Below, piece by piece: positions 7,358-17,519 of a stretch of 64,000 bases of DNA; the first letter of the stretch is position 1; the number at the start of each line of letters is the position of its first letter. The position numbers and the translations under genes are program-made. Under the pieces are notes generated by a model that searched no databases, was not told the DNA's origin, and worked only from the letters and a program-made list of their open reading frames with translations. Source of the DNA: Acidimicrobiia bacterium (GTDB lineage Bacteria > Actinomycetota > Acidimicrobiia > Spongiisociales > Spongiisociaceae); contig JBFGLM010000003.1 of assembly GCA_041576165.1 (NCBI GenBank), positions 32,001 to 96,000 of the forward strand, written 5' to 3'.

Positions 7358-9931
7358 TCAGACGAAGCGAATCTCGCCGTCACCGGCATCTACCGTCACG
7401 GTGTCACCGTCGGTGAAGTTGCCGGCCAGCAGTTCGACCGCCAGCCGGTCCGCGACCTCCTTTTGCAACACTCGCTTGAGCGGCCGGGCCCCGTAGCTGG
7501 GGTCGTACCCCTGCTCCGCCAACCATTCTTTCGCGACGTCGGTGAACTCCAGCTCGATGTTCCGCTGCCGCAACCGGCCCGCCAGCATCGCAGCCTGGAT
7601 GCCGACGATTTGGCGCAAGTCGTCTTTCGACAGCCGGTGGAACACGATCAGCTCGTCGACCCGGTTGAGGAACTCGGGGCGAAAATGCGACTGGGCTGCG
7701 TTCAGCACGCGTTCATTGACCACCTCGTCGGGCAGATCAGGCTGGATGAACTCCGAGCCCAGGTTGGAGGTCATGATCACCACTGCGTTGGTGAAGTCGA
7801 CCGTCCGGCCCTGACCGTCGGTCAAGCGCCCGTCGTCCATGAGTTGCAGCAGCACATTGAACACATCCGGATGCGCCTTCTCGATCTCATCGAGCAGGAT
7901 CACTGCATAGGGACGGCGCCGGACGGCCTCGGTCAGCTGGCCGCCCTCGTCGTACCCCACATATCCGGGCGGCGCTCCGATGAGACGGCTGACCGAGTGC
8001 TTCTCCATATATTCCGACATGTCGATTCGAACCATCGCCCGTTCGTCGTCGAAGAGGAACGCAGCCAGCGCCCGTGCCAGCTCGGTCTTGCCGACGCCCG
8101 TCGGCCCGAGAAACAGGAACGTCCCGATCGGTCGATTCGGATCGGAGAGGCCCGACCGGCTGCGCCGCACGGCATTGGCTACTGCCTCGACAGCGGCCTC
8201 CTGCCCGACGACCCGGGTATGGAGGTGATCTTCGAGCTTGATCAGTTTTTCGATCTCGCCCTCCATGAGACGCGAGACCGGGACTCCGGTCCAGCGGCTG
8301 ACAACCTCTGCCACATCCTCCTCATCCACCTCTTCGGTGAGCATCCGGGTGGTGGCTTGTAGCTTCTCGAGCGCCTCTTGATGTTCGGCAAGCTCCTTCT
8401 CGAATTCCCGGGTCCGCCCATAGCGAAGCTCGGCCGCCCGCTCGAGGTCACCTTCTCGTTCGGCTCGCTCGGCTCCGGTGCGCGCCTCCTCCAGCTGGAG
8501 CTTCACGTCCCGGATGTCGGCTATGGCAGACTTCTCCAGCTGCCAGTGAGCTTGCAGCCCTTCGGCGTCCTCGCGGAGGTTGGCCAGCTCCTCATCGAGG
8601 GCCGCCAGTCGCTGCTTGGAAGCTTCGTCCGTCTCTTTGGCGAGCGCGGTCCGTTCGATCTCCAGCTGCTGGATGCGCCGTTCGAGTTCGTCGATCTCCT
8701 CGGGCATCGAGTCGATTTCGATACGAAGCCGGCTGGCGGCTTCGTCGATCAGGTCGATCGCCTTGTCCGGCAGGAAGCGGGCGGTGATGTAACGGTCGGA
8801 CAAAACGGCCGCCGCCACCAGCGCCGAGTCGGTGATGCGCACACCGTGGTGGATCTCGTAGCGTTCTTTCAGCCCGCGCAGGATGCCGACCGTGTCCTCC
8901 ACCGACGGTGGTTCAACCAGCACTGGAGCGAACCTGCGCTCGAGCGCCGGATCCTTCTCAACGTGCTTGCGGAACTCGTCCAGGGTGGTAGCGCCGATCA
9001 TGCGCAGCTCGCCGCGAGCGAGCATCGGCTTGAGCATGTTGGATGCGTCCATCGAGCCTTCGGCCGCCCCGGCCCCGACGATCGTGTGCATCTCGTCGAT
9101 GAAGGTGATGATCTGACCTTCAGATGCTTTGATCTCGTTGAGGACGGCTTTGAGGCGCTCCTCGAATTCGCCCCGGTATTTGGCGCCGGCCACCATGGCC
9201 GATAAGTCAAGGGCCACTATCCGCTTGTTCTTCAGTCCTTCCGGCACGTCGCCATCTGCGATCCGGCGGGCGAGACCTTCTACGATGGCGGTCTTACCGA
9301 CTCCGGGCTCGCCGATCAGCACCGGGTTGTTCTTGGTGCGACGCGACAGCACCTGGATCACCCGACGGATCTCCTCGTCGCGCCCGATGACCGGATCGAG
9401 CTTCTGCTGGCGGGCGGCCTCGGTCAGATCGCGGCCGTACTGTTCGAGTGCATCGAACGTGGCCTCCGGGTCCTGACTGGTAACCCGTTGGTTCCCGCGC
9501 AGCTCGCTCAGAGCACCCAGAACGGCGTCTCGCGTCACGCCCAAATCGCGGAAGGCATCGCCAGCTTCGCCGGCGCTCTCGGCCAGGGCCAGGACGAGGT
9601 GCTCGACCGAGAGGTAATCGTCCTTGAAGTCGGCTCGGGCGTTGTCGGCTGCCTCCAGCATCTTGAATGCCTCGGAGGAGAAAGCTGGCTCTTCGCCCCC
9701 ATAGACCTTGGGCTTGCGGTCGAGGATTTGTTCGATCCGGCGCTTGAGCTCCGGCGGTTGGACCCCGAGCGCAGACAGCAGCGGATACACGATGCCCTCC
9801 GTCTGGGAGAGCAACGCCACCGCCACGTGCGCCGGGTCGACCTGAGTGTGGTGACGGACTTCGGCGACCTCCCGGGCCGTCACGAGCGCCGATTGCGATT
9901 TGTGTGTCAGTTTGTTGAAGTCGAAAGCCAT
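7358..9931 (-). CDS. clpB: ATP-dependent disaggregase ClpB
   Basis: N-terminal Clp repeats, NBD1 GEPGVGKT, coiled-coil M-domain, NBD2 [25 protein letters not shown]. Confidence 0.98.
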   Translation of the reverse strand: MAFDFNKLTHKSQSALVTAREVAEVRHHTQVDPAHVAVALLSQTEGIVYPLLSALGVQPPELKRRIEQILDRKPKVYGGEEPAFSSEAFKMLEAADNARADFKDDYLSVEHLVLALAESAGEAGDAFRDLGVTRDAVLGALSELRGNQRVTSQDPEATFDALEQYGRDLTEAARQQKLDPVIGRDEEIRRVIQVLSRRTKNNPVLIGEPGVGKTAIVEGLARRIADGDVPEGLKNKRIVALDLSAMVAGAKYRGEFEERLKAVLNEIKASEGQIITFIDEMHTIVGAGAAEGSMDASNMLKPMLARGELRMIGATTLDEFRKHVEKDPALERRFAPVLVEPPSVEDTVGILRGLKERYEIHHGVRITDSALVAAAVLSDRYITARFLPDKAIDLIDEAASRLRIEIDSMPEEIDELERRIQQLEIERTALAKETDEASKQRLAALDEELANLREDAEGLQAHWQLEKSAIADIRDVKLQLEEARTGAERAEREGDLERAAELRYGRTREFEKELAEHQEALEKLQATTRMLTEEVDEEDVAEVVSRWTGVPVSRLMEGEIEKLIKLEDHLHTRVVGQEAAVEAVANAVRRSRSGLSDPNRPIGTFLFLGPTGVGKTELARALAAFLFDDERAMVRIDMSEYMEKHSVSRLIGAPPGYVGYDEGGQLTEAVRRRPYAVILLDEIEKAHPDVFNVLLQLMDDGRLTDGQGRTVDFTNAVVIMTSNLGSEFIQPDLPDEVVNERVLNAAQSHFRPEFLNRVDELIVFHRLSKDDLRQIVGIQAAMLAGRLRQRNIELEFTDVAKEWLAEQGYDPSYGARPLKRVLQKEVADRLAVELLAGNFTDGDTVTVDAGDGEIRFV

Positions 9932-10059
9932 CTGGTCGAAATCTCCCCTGATCCTCTGCTCACGGGGCCGTGCCTAACGCCGGCGATGTTTGCGCGCCTG
10001 TATGGCGTCAGCCAGTACAACCTACCCACCTCCGATATTGTTCCAAACATACCAGATAA

Positions 10060-10080
10060 TATGAGTACATATATATCAGA
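10060..10080. promoter_or_regulatory. Degenerate HAIR-like (HspR) operator upstream of clpB
   Basis: TATGAGT-N7-TATCAGA versus canonical CTTGAGT-N7-ACTCAAG. The same TGAGT-N7-TATCA core occurs upstream of dnaK. Confidence 0.6.
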
Positions 10081-10154
10081 TTTTGCGCGGGCGAGTGGGA
10101 GTGAACGGGACCGGGTCGATGGCTCCAGGGACTCGGTTGAAGGTCGGCCCGGGC

Positions 10155-10556
10155 TCAGGCCTCTGTGGGCCCAGACAGCACGATCTCCAGTTTGCGGTTG
10201 ACGGCGTCGAGTACCGCTCGGGCGGTGGCTTTGGCCGGGTCATTCTCGCGAATCATGGCGGAACCGACCAGGCGGTCGGCTGCGGTGCCGGTCTGCACCT
10301 GGGCCATGGCGATCCGGGTGTCGCCCAAGTCGGTGGTGGCCACTGCGGTGAGGTCGAGCAATAGGCGTCCGGCGGCGACTCGCTCCACTGCGCGCAATGT
10401 TGCTTCGCCGACGAGGCGCGGACGCAGCGTGTCATCCGAACCTCCGAGCGCCTCACCTTCGAAGGCTCGGTCCTGCCAGCCGAGCACGACGGTCACACGA
10501 ACTTCGTCGTCCTCCATCTCCTCATCGATCATGGCAAGCAGCGGTCGATTACGCAC
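10155..10556 (-). CDS. Hypothetical protein (133 aa)
   Basis: AGGAGG RBS before the GTG. Compact alpha/beta protein ending GSAMIRENDPAKATARAVLDAVNRKL. Confidence 0.7.
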   Translation of the reverse strand: MRNRPLLAMIDEEMEDDEVRVTVVLGWQDRAFEGEALGGSDDTLRPRLVGEATLRAVERVAAGRLLLDLTAVATTDLGDTRIAMAQVQTGTAADRLVGSAMIRENDPAKATARAVLDAVNRKLEIVLSGPTEA

Positions 10557-10694
10557 GTTGACGCCTCCTTGGCGGCCAAGGGAACGAGATAAGTATCGGC
10601 TGGCGTCGGGGGCGCTTGAGTTGTTGCGGCCGTCGTCGCCCGGTGACGCAGCCTGACCTTAGAGGGTCACCGGTCAGGAGGCGCGCCAAGGTGG

Positions 10695-12161
10695 TCAGGC
10701 GGCGCGGGTCCGCTCCCGCGCCCAGGCACGCAACGCTGAGATCTCCTCGGCCCGGGACTCGGTCAGGGGCACGGTGTTGCGGATTTCGTCGAGCAATCCG
10801 CTCGTGGTCAGGTCAGCGTCTTCCGCGAAGGCTTTGTAGAGGGCACCGACGACGACCGTCTCCAGTTCGGCTCCCGAGAACCCCTCGGTGGCCTTGGCCA
10901 GGGCGGCGGTGTCGATCCCGGCCGGCTCCTGGTCCCGGACCCTCAGGTGGTATTCGAGGATGCGCCGGCGATCTAACACATCTGGCACATCGACAAAGAA
11001 CACGTCGTCGAACCGGCCGCGGCGCAAGAACTCCGGTGGCAGCGACCGGACGTCATTGGAGGTTGCGACCAGAAAGACTCGAGCGGTGCGCTCCTGTAGC
11101 CATCGCAGAAAGGTACCGAGAACTCGGGCGCTCACCCCGCCATCGCCGTCGCCTCCCGACGCGAAACCCTTCTCAATCTCGTCCACCCACAGCACAGCCG
11201 GGCTCAGCGCTTCCACCACCCGTAGCGTTTGGGCAAGGCGCTGCTCCGACTCGCCGACGTATTTGCCATAGAGGCGGCCGGGGTCCAGCAGGACCAGTGG
11301 CAGTGCCCAGGTATGCGCGATCGCTTTCGCGACCAGCGACTTTCCACACCCGGGTATGCCGGTCAGGAGAATCCCGCGAGGCGAATCCAAGTGGACGGCC
11401 GAGGCCGGGTCGCGAAACACTGCCCTCCGGATCTGCAGCCACTGTTTCAGATCCTGCAGGCCTCCCACGTCCTCGATCCCGACGCCGGGTGACTCGATCA
11501 ACTCCAGGATCCCGTCCTGGTTGAGAATCTCTGCCCGGGCGTGACGCATACGAGGCAGGTCACCAGCGTCAATCCGACCGTCCTCCATGGCCGCTCGTTG
11601 CAGTGTTCGCTCTGCTTCGTTCATCGTCAGGCCCACGAGGTCGCCGACCATCCGGCGGAAGTCATCGGGGCCGATGGCCACGGTCAACCCGCGGGCGGAG
11701 AGATCCTCCAGCGTTCTGCGGGCCATCCGCTCCAGTTCGACCTCCGACGGCGGCGTGAGGTGCCACTCGTGTGCAACGTCGAGCAGGTCCTGTGATATCT
11801 GGATGCTGGGACCGGTGATGACGATTGACTGGCCGGCCGGCGCGCGTTGCACGGCTTCGCGCAGGCGGCGGCGAGCCGCGAGATCCTCCAGCATGGGGTT
11901 GGCGTCCCGGAAGACGAACACGCCCTGGGCGCGTCGATCCTGGATGAAATCGATCGCGGCGTGGATCGACTCGGTCCCGTATTGGCTTTCTCCGCCGGCA
12001 AGGTGTAGTCCCTCGGTGACCGACCACAACCAGACCGGCACATCCAGGGCAGCGGCCGCGTCTTGGATGAGGCCGATCGCACGTGTCTCTTCTCTGGTCT
12101 CGACGAAGATCAAGGGATGGTTGGATCCGAGAAGGAGCCGCAGGTCACGGGTATTGTCCAC
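10695..12161 (-). CDS. AAA+ ATPase (Ycf46-like: degenerate N-terminal AAA plus active C-terminal AAA)
   Basis: DVGGLQDLKQWL, Walker A GIPGCGKS, Walker B VLWVDEIEK, SRH ATSND..LPPEFLRRGRFD, GFSGAELE. Confidence 0.9.
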   Translation of the reverse strand: MDNTRDLRLLLGSNHPLIFVETREETRAIGLIQDAAAALDVPVWLWSVTEGLHLAGGESQYGTESIHAAIDFIQDRRAQGVFVFRDANPMLEDLAARRRLREAVQRAPAGQSIVITGPSIQISQDLLDVAHEWHLTPPSEVELERMARRTLEDLSARGLTVAIGPDDFRRMVGDLVGLTMNEAERTLQRAAMEDGRIDAGDLPRMRHARAEILNQDGILELIESPGVGIEDVGGLQDLKQWLQIRRAVFRDPASAVHLDSPRGILLTGIPGCGKSLVAKAIAHTWALPLVLLDPGRLYGKYVGESEQRLAQTLRVVEALSPAVLWVDEIEKGFASGGDGDGGVSARVLGTFLRWLQERTARVFLVATSNDVRSLPPEFLRRGRFDDVFFVDVPDVLDRRRILEYHLRVRDQEPAGIDTAALAKATEGFSGAELETVVVGALYKAFAEDADLTTSGLLDEIRNTVPLTESRAEEISALRAWARERTRAA

Positions 12162-12235
12162 TCCAGCCGTATCGGCATGTCATCCACCCGCCCAAAGCGA
12201 CAATGCCGCCCGTACGGCCCGGCCAGAATGGCATC

Positions 12236-12646
12236 ATGACCTACCGTATCCTCGAGGACGGTCCGCGGGTTGTCGCCGTCGTGCACGGTGCGACGCTGCC
12301 CGAGTTGTTCGAGCATGCAGTCATTGCGGTGTTCGACATCGCCTACGACGTCGGCCGGGTTCGGGTTGAACGCGATGTGCCGGTCATGGCCGTGGGCGAC
12401 ACGCCCGAGGCACTGCTGAGCGACTGGCTGATCCAGACCATTGCTGCTGCCGCCACCACCCACCGCCTGGTCGTGACGACCGCGGCGGTGGATCGGTTGG
12501 AGATGGGCGGAGCCCAGGGCGCGGTCGGCGGCTATCGCTGTTCCGAGGCGACGCTGCGTCGCTTCGTGCCGGGTACGGCTGGTCTGAGCGGGGACATCGT
12601 CGACGTGCCGGGTGGTTTCTGGGTGCGGCTGGTGATCGATCCCTGA
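12236..12646 (+). CDS. Archease-like protein (degenerate)
   Basis: MTYRIL..V.VHGATLPELFEHAVIAVFDI, GDTPEALLSDWL and a C-terminal VRLVID resemble archease. The HTAD motif is missing. Confidence 0.55.
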   Translation: MTYRILEDGPRVVAVVHGATLPELFEHAVIAVFDIAYDVGRVRVERDVPVMAVGDTPEALLSDWLIQTIAAAATTHRLVVTTAAVDRLEMGGAQGAVGGYRCSEATLRRFVPGTAGLSGDIVDVPGGFWVRLVIDP

Positions 12647-12741
12647 GATGTCAGAGTCCGTGGTTGCAGGCCTCGAATCATCTATGCTGCCCGTCTTGCA
12701 GGGGGGGCGGAAGCATCCTGTAACGGGAAGGGAGTCCCCCC

Positions 12742-13122
12742 ATGCTGAAGGGGTTCAAAGAGTTTGCCTTCAAAGGCAACTTGATCGAAACGGGTATTGC
12801 CCTAGTAATGGCCCTGGCCGTCGCGGCCCTGATCACGGCGCTGGTCGAGAACGTGTTGATGCCGCTCATCGGCGCGCTCACCGGGGGTGCCGGTGACGGC
12901 ATCGCCGAGCTGTGGGCGGCCGAGGTCAACGGGTCGACCATCATGTTCGGTGCATTTGTGTCAGCCCTCATCACCTTTGTGGCCATCGCGGCTGCTGTGT
13001 ATTTCTTCATCGTGAAGCCGTACGAGGCATACAAGGCGCGCACCGAGGGTCCGGCGGAAGAGGAAGGTCCGTCCGAAGTGGAGCTGCTCGCCCAGATCCG
13101 GGACGCGTTGGTCCGCGCATAG
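12742..13122 (+). CDS. mscL: Large-conductance mechanosensitive channel
   Basis: MLKGFKEFAFKGNLIET..., LVENVLMPLI, FGAFVSALITF, EVELLAQIRDAL. Confidence 0.93.
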   Translation: MLKGFKEFAFKGNLIETGIALVMALAVAALITALVENVLMPLIGALTGGAGDGIAELWAAEVNGSTIMFGAFVSALITFVAIAAAVYFFIVKPYEAYKARTEGPAEEEGPSEVELLAQIRDALVRA

Positions 13123-13142
13123 CAAGTGTCCTATTTCGTGCA

Positions 13143-13168
13143 ATGGGGCCGGTCGGGACCGGCCCCAT
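13143..13168 (+). terminator. Intrinsic terminator-like hairpin after mscL
   Basis: ATGGGGCCGGTC-GG-GACCGGCCCCAT perfect inverted repeat 20 nt after the stop. Confidence 0.65.
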
Positions 13169-13360
13169 CGCATTAGTGCGGCGTTATGCCAGCATCCTGG
13201 ACCTTTCCGTGGCTATGCTCCTGGACCATTCGTTGAGATACGCAACGAGGGAGCGGAGAGAAGGGGCATAGGTCGGGTTCCGGTCGCCCGAGACGGCGCA
13301 CGTGCTGGCGCGCCTGCTCCTCTTGATCCGCCCGTGTGGGCGCTCGAAAGGGGAAGCACC

Positions 13361-16300
13361 ATGAAGCGATGGCAGCCGAGGCTGGCGCTCGTGGTCGCGT
13401 TGGCGATGATGACGAGCTTGCTGGGAGCCTCGAGTGCGCTGGCGGATGACATCGCCATCGACGGACCGTTCATCGAAAGGGCCAGTTTCACTGGCAACGT
13501 CGATGTGGTGTACGCACAGATGGGCCTTTACCGGGATGTCCAAGACGGTCAGCTGACCGTCACAGTTCCCGGAACGGCCACCGGCGTGGTGGCGGCTTAC
13601 CTGTGGTGGAGTGGCCGGATAGGCGATTCGTTCGGGCCACCTCCGGACTCGGGGGACGACACCGTCGACATCACCATCAACGGCGGCACCACCCAGACCA
13701 TCACCGCCACCGACACGTTCTACTCAGACGCGGCCAACCCGTTCATTCACTACAACTATTGGTACGACCTGACGGGCCAGGTCGGGCTCGGCTCGACCAC
13801 GATCCTGCTGGAGGGTTTCGACCTCCAGGTTCCGGCCAACGTCAACAACCGCCACAACGGGTTCGGCGTCGCCGTCGTCTATGAGGACCCAACCGTTCCC
13901 GAAACGACATTGATCATCAAAGACGGCAACGACCGGGGCTACTGGGCATGGCCGTCGCCGGCCGGCCCGGATTCGGCCGTCCAGTGTTTCGACGTGGTGC
14001 CGTCTCCGGTGGCCCAGCAGTTCGAGATCACCGTCAACATCACGGCCGTCGACTCCAATGACTCGTTTGTGCGGCCCCAGACTCTGTGGTGGCTGACCGG
14101 CACCGGCGCACAACCCTCCGGTGACAACGCCGACACCTCTGGGATGAAGGCATTGGGGACTCCGAGAGTGAACCCGGTGTTCCCGGGGACCGGCAACACC
14201 GACCCGTACGGTTTCGAGTGGGTGAGTTTTGACGTCACCGTCCCGGCCGGCGACGAATGGGTGTGCATGCAGCTGGAGTCGGTGACCGAGAATCCGGGCC
14301 AGATCGGCGCCACCACCGGCTGGAGCGCCCTCGGTTTTGGAGCGCCCACCCTGCACCGGCTCGGCAACCTGGTGTGGTTCGACACCGACGACAACGGGCT
14401 GGCCGACGCAGGAGAGCCCGGCATCGCCGGTGTCACGGTCGAACTGTACGACGCCGGGGGTGCACTCGTTGCCACCACGGTCACCGACGCCGACGGCAAA
14501 TACGAGTTCCCCGGCTTGCCGGCCGGTGACTACAGGGTCCTGATCCCCGCCGGACAGGTGGTTCTGGACGGTCTGTTCTCGTCCTCGATCGAGGTTTCGG
14601 ATCCCAATACGGACCTCGACAACGACGACAACGGCCTGGCCGACCCGGCCGGCATCCGTTCGGGAGTTGTCACGGTCGGCGACGCGGTTGGCCCCGACTT
14701 CTCCGACGACGCCTCGAACGAGCCAACCGACGAGATACTGCGGTCGAACGATGCCACCGACGACGATCCAATCGATCCGCCGTATGAGGACGTCCGCTCG
14801 AACTACTCGGTCGATTTCGGCTTCTCGGGCGAGATCCTGCAGACATTCTCGATCGGCAACCAGGTTTGGTTCGACGACGACGGTGACGGGCTCCGCGACC
14901 CCACTGAGGGCGGCGTACCCGGCGCGGTGGTCCTGTTGATCGACGCCGGCGGCACCACGGTGCAGACCACCACGACCGACGCCGACGGCCTCTATCTGTT
15001 CACCGAGGTACCGGCCGGCAACTACGCGGTCAAGATCGCCGACGAGAACTTCGTGGCCGGAGCCGTGCTGGACGGCTACAACCCGACTCCCTTCATGGAA
15101 GCCGACCCGAACACCGACGTGGACAACGACTCGAACGCGATCGTCGTCGACGGCATGGTGGTGTCGGGCACGGTGACGGTGGGCGACGGCGAGCCGACCG
15201 GGGAGGATCCCAACAACGATCCCGCGACACCTGATGTCGACTCCAACCTGACGGTCGACTTCGGCTTCGTCCTCGGCGGGGAAAACCTGGTTTCGATCGG
15301 GAATCTCGTCTGGGAGGACGTGAACGACAACGGTCTCGTCGACACGGGCGAGCCGGTCTTCGCTGGCGTTGATGTCAACTTGTGGTCGGCGGCCGGCGAC
15401 GGCACCCCGCTCGCGTTGGTCGCAACAACTGCGACGGACGCCGATGGGCACTACGCCTTCCTGGTCGACGAAGGCACGTATATCGTCCAGATCCCACCCG
15501 AGGAATTCGCCCCCGGCGGACCGCTCGAGGGCTATGTGTCCTCGACCCCGACCTTCGACCCGACCAACGGCGTCGACAACGATGACAACGGCGACGACGA
15601 CCCAACGCTCGGGATCATCACCGCCTCCATCACTGCGGCGGTCGGAACCGCACCGACGGGTGAGGCCGATCCTGATCCGTTCGGTGTACCCGACGCCGAC
15701 AGCGACCTGACGATCGACCTCGGACTGGTGGACACCTTCGCCGGGATCGGCGACTTTGTATGGTTCGACGAGAAGACACCCGAAGGCGGCCCAGGCAACA
15801 ACGTCCAGGATCCGGGTGAGCCCGGCATCCCGGGCGTCACGGTCCGGCTGTACGACATGGACGGCGTGGTGGTCGGCACCACGGTGACCGACGCCACCGG
15901 GTTCTATGAGTTCCGGGTGCCACCCGGCGATTACTGGCTCGAGTTCGAGTGGGATCCCACCACGCAGGTCCCGGTGTCGAACCCGTCGCTGTACAACCCC
16001 GGTGATGCGCTGATATTGGTGAACCCTGATGTGGGAACCGACGACACGATCGACTCGGACGGGTCAAAGACGAAGACGGCGGACAACATCGCTCGAACTG
16101 AAGCCACGACGCTGGACCCCGGGGAGTTCGATCCGACCTGGGACCTCGGTCTCAGCCGGTCTCTCGAAGTCCAGGACGAAAGGATCGCCATCGGCAATCT
16201 GGTTTGGTGGGACTTCGATTTCGACGGCATTGCCGATCCCGGTGAGCCGCGACTGGACGGGGTGACCATCGAGGTGTGGCTGTCGGACGCGGTCGGCAAC

Positions 16301-16840
16301 ATCGTGGGAACTGCTCCGGAGGCCACCACAATCACCGACGCCAACGGTCATTACTACGTGTCGTTCGATCAGGACGTGCTCAATGTCCGGGTGAGGGTGG
16401 CGCCCTCCAACTTCGCGAACGGCGGCCCGCTGCGGGACGCATCCGGTCAGATCATGTTCTCAACTACCGGCACGTTCGGCTCGGACGACGGGGTGGACAA
16501 CGACGACAACGGTCGGGACGTGGCGACGCCACAAAATGGCGGCGTCTGGTCGGACGTGATTCAACTGCAATTCGACACCGAACCGGTCGGAGAGGCCGAC
16601 CCGATCCCGCCAGGGGTCGACTTCGACGAACTCGACGACAACGACGCCGACTTCACCGTCGACTTCGGGTTCATCGGCTGTGACGGTGTCTCCCAGACCC
16701 ACCCGGTGACCGGTGCTCTATGTGTGGTGACCGGCCATGAGAGCAGCGAACAAGCCGGATTCGGTCTGATGCTGCTGGGCTTTGGGATGCTGATGGTGCT
16801 GTCGGCCAATGACTGGGACCGCCGGCGGTCGAGCGAATAG
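13361..16840 (+). CDS. Large secreted surface protein with five SdrD B-like (Cna-B) repeats and a C-terminal anchor
   Basis: Signal peptide MKRWQPRLALVVALAMMTSLLGASSALA. Five [IL]G[ND]xVWxD...E..G.xV.L units, very Asp-rich. C-terminus CVVTG + TM + RRR. Confidence 0.88.
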   Translation: MKRWQPRLALVVALAMMTSLLGASSALADDIAIDGPFIERASFTGNVDVVYAQMGLYRDVQDGQLTVTVPGTATGVVAAYLWWSGRIGDSFGPPPDSGDDTVDITINGGTTQTITATDTFYSDAANPFIHYNYWYDLTGQVGLGSTTILLEGFDLQVPANVNNRHNGFGVAVVYEDPTVPETTLIIKDGNDRGYWAWPSPAGPDSAVQCFDVVPSPVAQQFEITVNITAVDSNDSFVRPQTLWWLTGTGAQPSGDNADTSGMKALGTPRVNPVFPGTGNTDPYGFEWVSFDVTVPAGDEWVCMQLESVTENPGQIGATTGWSALGFGAPTLHRLGNLVWFDTDDNGLADAGEPGIAGVTVELYDAGGALVATTVTDADGKYEFPGLPAGDYRVLIPAGQVVLDGLFSSSIEVSDPNTDLDNDDNGLADPAGIRSGVVTVGDAVGPDFSDDASNEPTDEILRSNDATDDDPIDPPYEDVRSNYSVDFGFSGEILQTFSIGNQVWFDDDGDGLRDPTEGGVPGAVVLLIDAGGTTVQTTTTDADGLYLFTEVPAGNYAVKIADENFVAGAVLDGYNPTPFMEADPNTDVDNDSNAIVVDGMVVSGTVTVGDGEPTGEDPNNDPATPDVDSNLTVDFGFVLGGENLVSIGNLVWEDVNDNGLVDTGEPVFAGVDVNLWSAAGDGTPLALVATTATDADGHYAFLVDEGTYIVQIPPEEFAPGGPLEGYVSSTPTFDPTNGVDNDDNGDDDPTLGIITASITAAVGTAPTGEADPDPFGVPDADSDLTIDLGLVDTFAGIGDFVWFDEKTPEGGPGNNVQDPGEPGIPGVTVRLYDMDGVVVGTTVTDATGFYEFRVPPGDYWLEFEWDPTTQVPVSNPSLYNPGDALILVNPDVGTDDTIDSDGSKTKTADNIARTEATTLDPGEFDPTWDLGLSRSLEVQDERIAIGNLVWWDFDFDGIADPGEPRLDGVTIEVWLSDAVGNIVGTAPEATTITDANGHYYVSFDQDVLNVRVRVAPSNFANGGPLRDASGQIMFSTTGTFGSDDGVDNDDNGRDVATPQNGGVWSDVIQLQFDTEPVGEADPIPPGVDFDELDDNDADFTVDFGFIGCDGVSQTHPVTGALCVVTGHESSEQAGFGLMLLGFGMLMVLSANDWDRRRSSE

Positions 16841-16861
16841 GCCAGTACGCATTCATACGAA

Positions 16862-16889
16862 AAGGGACCGGCCGTGAGGCCGGTCCCTT
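16862..16889. terminator. Terminator hairpin after the surface-protein gene
   Basis: AAGGGACCGGCC-GTGA-GGCCGGTCCCTT: 12-bp stem with a GNRA loop. Confidence 0.75.
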
Positions 16890-16936
16890 GCGTTGGCCGG
16901 TCGCTACGTTGGTGCCAACGCCGAAGAGAGGACGTC

Positions 16937-17518
16937 ATGATCCGGGTGCTGGAATCGAGATGGACAACGCTGGCGCTCGGCTTTCTCACGCTGGCGGCAC
17001 TGGCCGCGGCGCTCGTCGCAGTCAACGCAGCGAGCAACCTCCAGGACGAGTGGTCGGCGTTCCAAGCCGATCTGAACACCGTGACTGGGGAGACGGCCGA
17101 CGCGCTCCGGCTTGCGTCGCTGCAATTGGACGCTCTGGCCTCTAGCACTTTCGTATTCGAAGTCGATGTGGATGAGACCATTCCGGTCGACGCCAGCATT
17201 CCGTTCAGCCGGGAGCTCACCATCCCGGTGAACACGGCTATTCCGATCAATCAAGCCATCGATACCACCATCGAGGTCGATGGGCCGCTCGGCCTGACTG
17301 TGCCGGTTGACGTCCGGGTGCCGATCGACCTGACGGTACCGGTGAACCTCGAGATTCCCTTCACGGTGGACGAAACCATCGACGTGTCGACCACCACCCG
17401 CATCCGATTGGCGGTTCCGATCGAAATCGATGTCTCGCAGACCGACCTGGCGCCGCTCGCCACGTCGTTCAGCGAAGATCTGGCCGATTTGGCGGGAACA
17501 ATCGAAAGCGCCGGATAG
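16937..17518 (+). CDS. Membrane-anchored hypothetical protein with [IV]P[IVF] beta-repeats
   Basis: GAGAGG RBS, N-terminal TM, a helical segment, then repeated TIPV/SIPF/AIPI/TVPV/RVPI/EIPF motifs. Confidence 0.75.
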   Translation: MIRVLESRWTTLALGFLTLAALAAALVAVNAASNLQDEWSAFQADLNTVTGETADALRLASLQLDALASSTFVFEVDVDETIPVDASIPFSRELTIPVNTAIPINQAIDTTIEVDGPLGLTVPVDVRVPIDLTVPVNLEIPFTVDETIDVSTTTRIRLAVPIEIDVSQTDLAPLATSFSEDLADLAGTIESAG

Positions 17519-17519
17519 G

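Noticed and set aside
14350-16680. CRISPR-like or non-coding repeat array
   Set aside because: The repeats are degenerate, in-frame SdrD-B protein domains, not identical repeats with spacers. I saw no CRISPR array or cas gene anywhere in the window.
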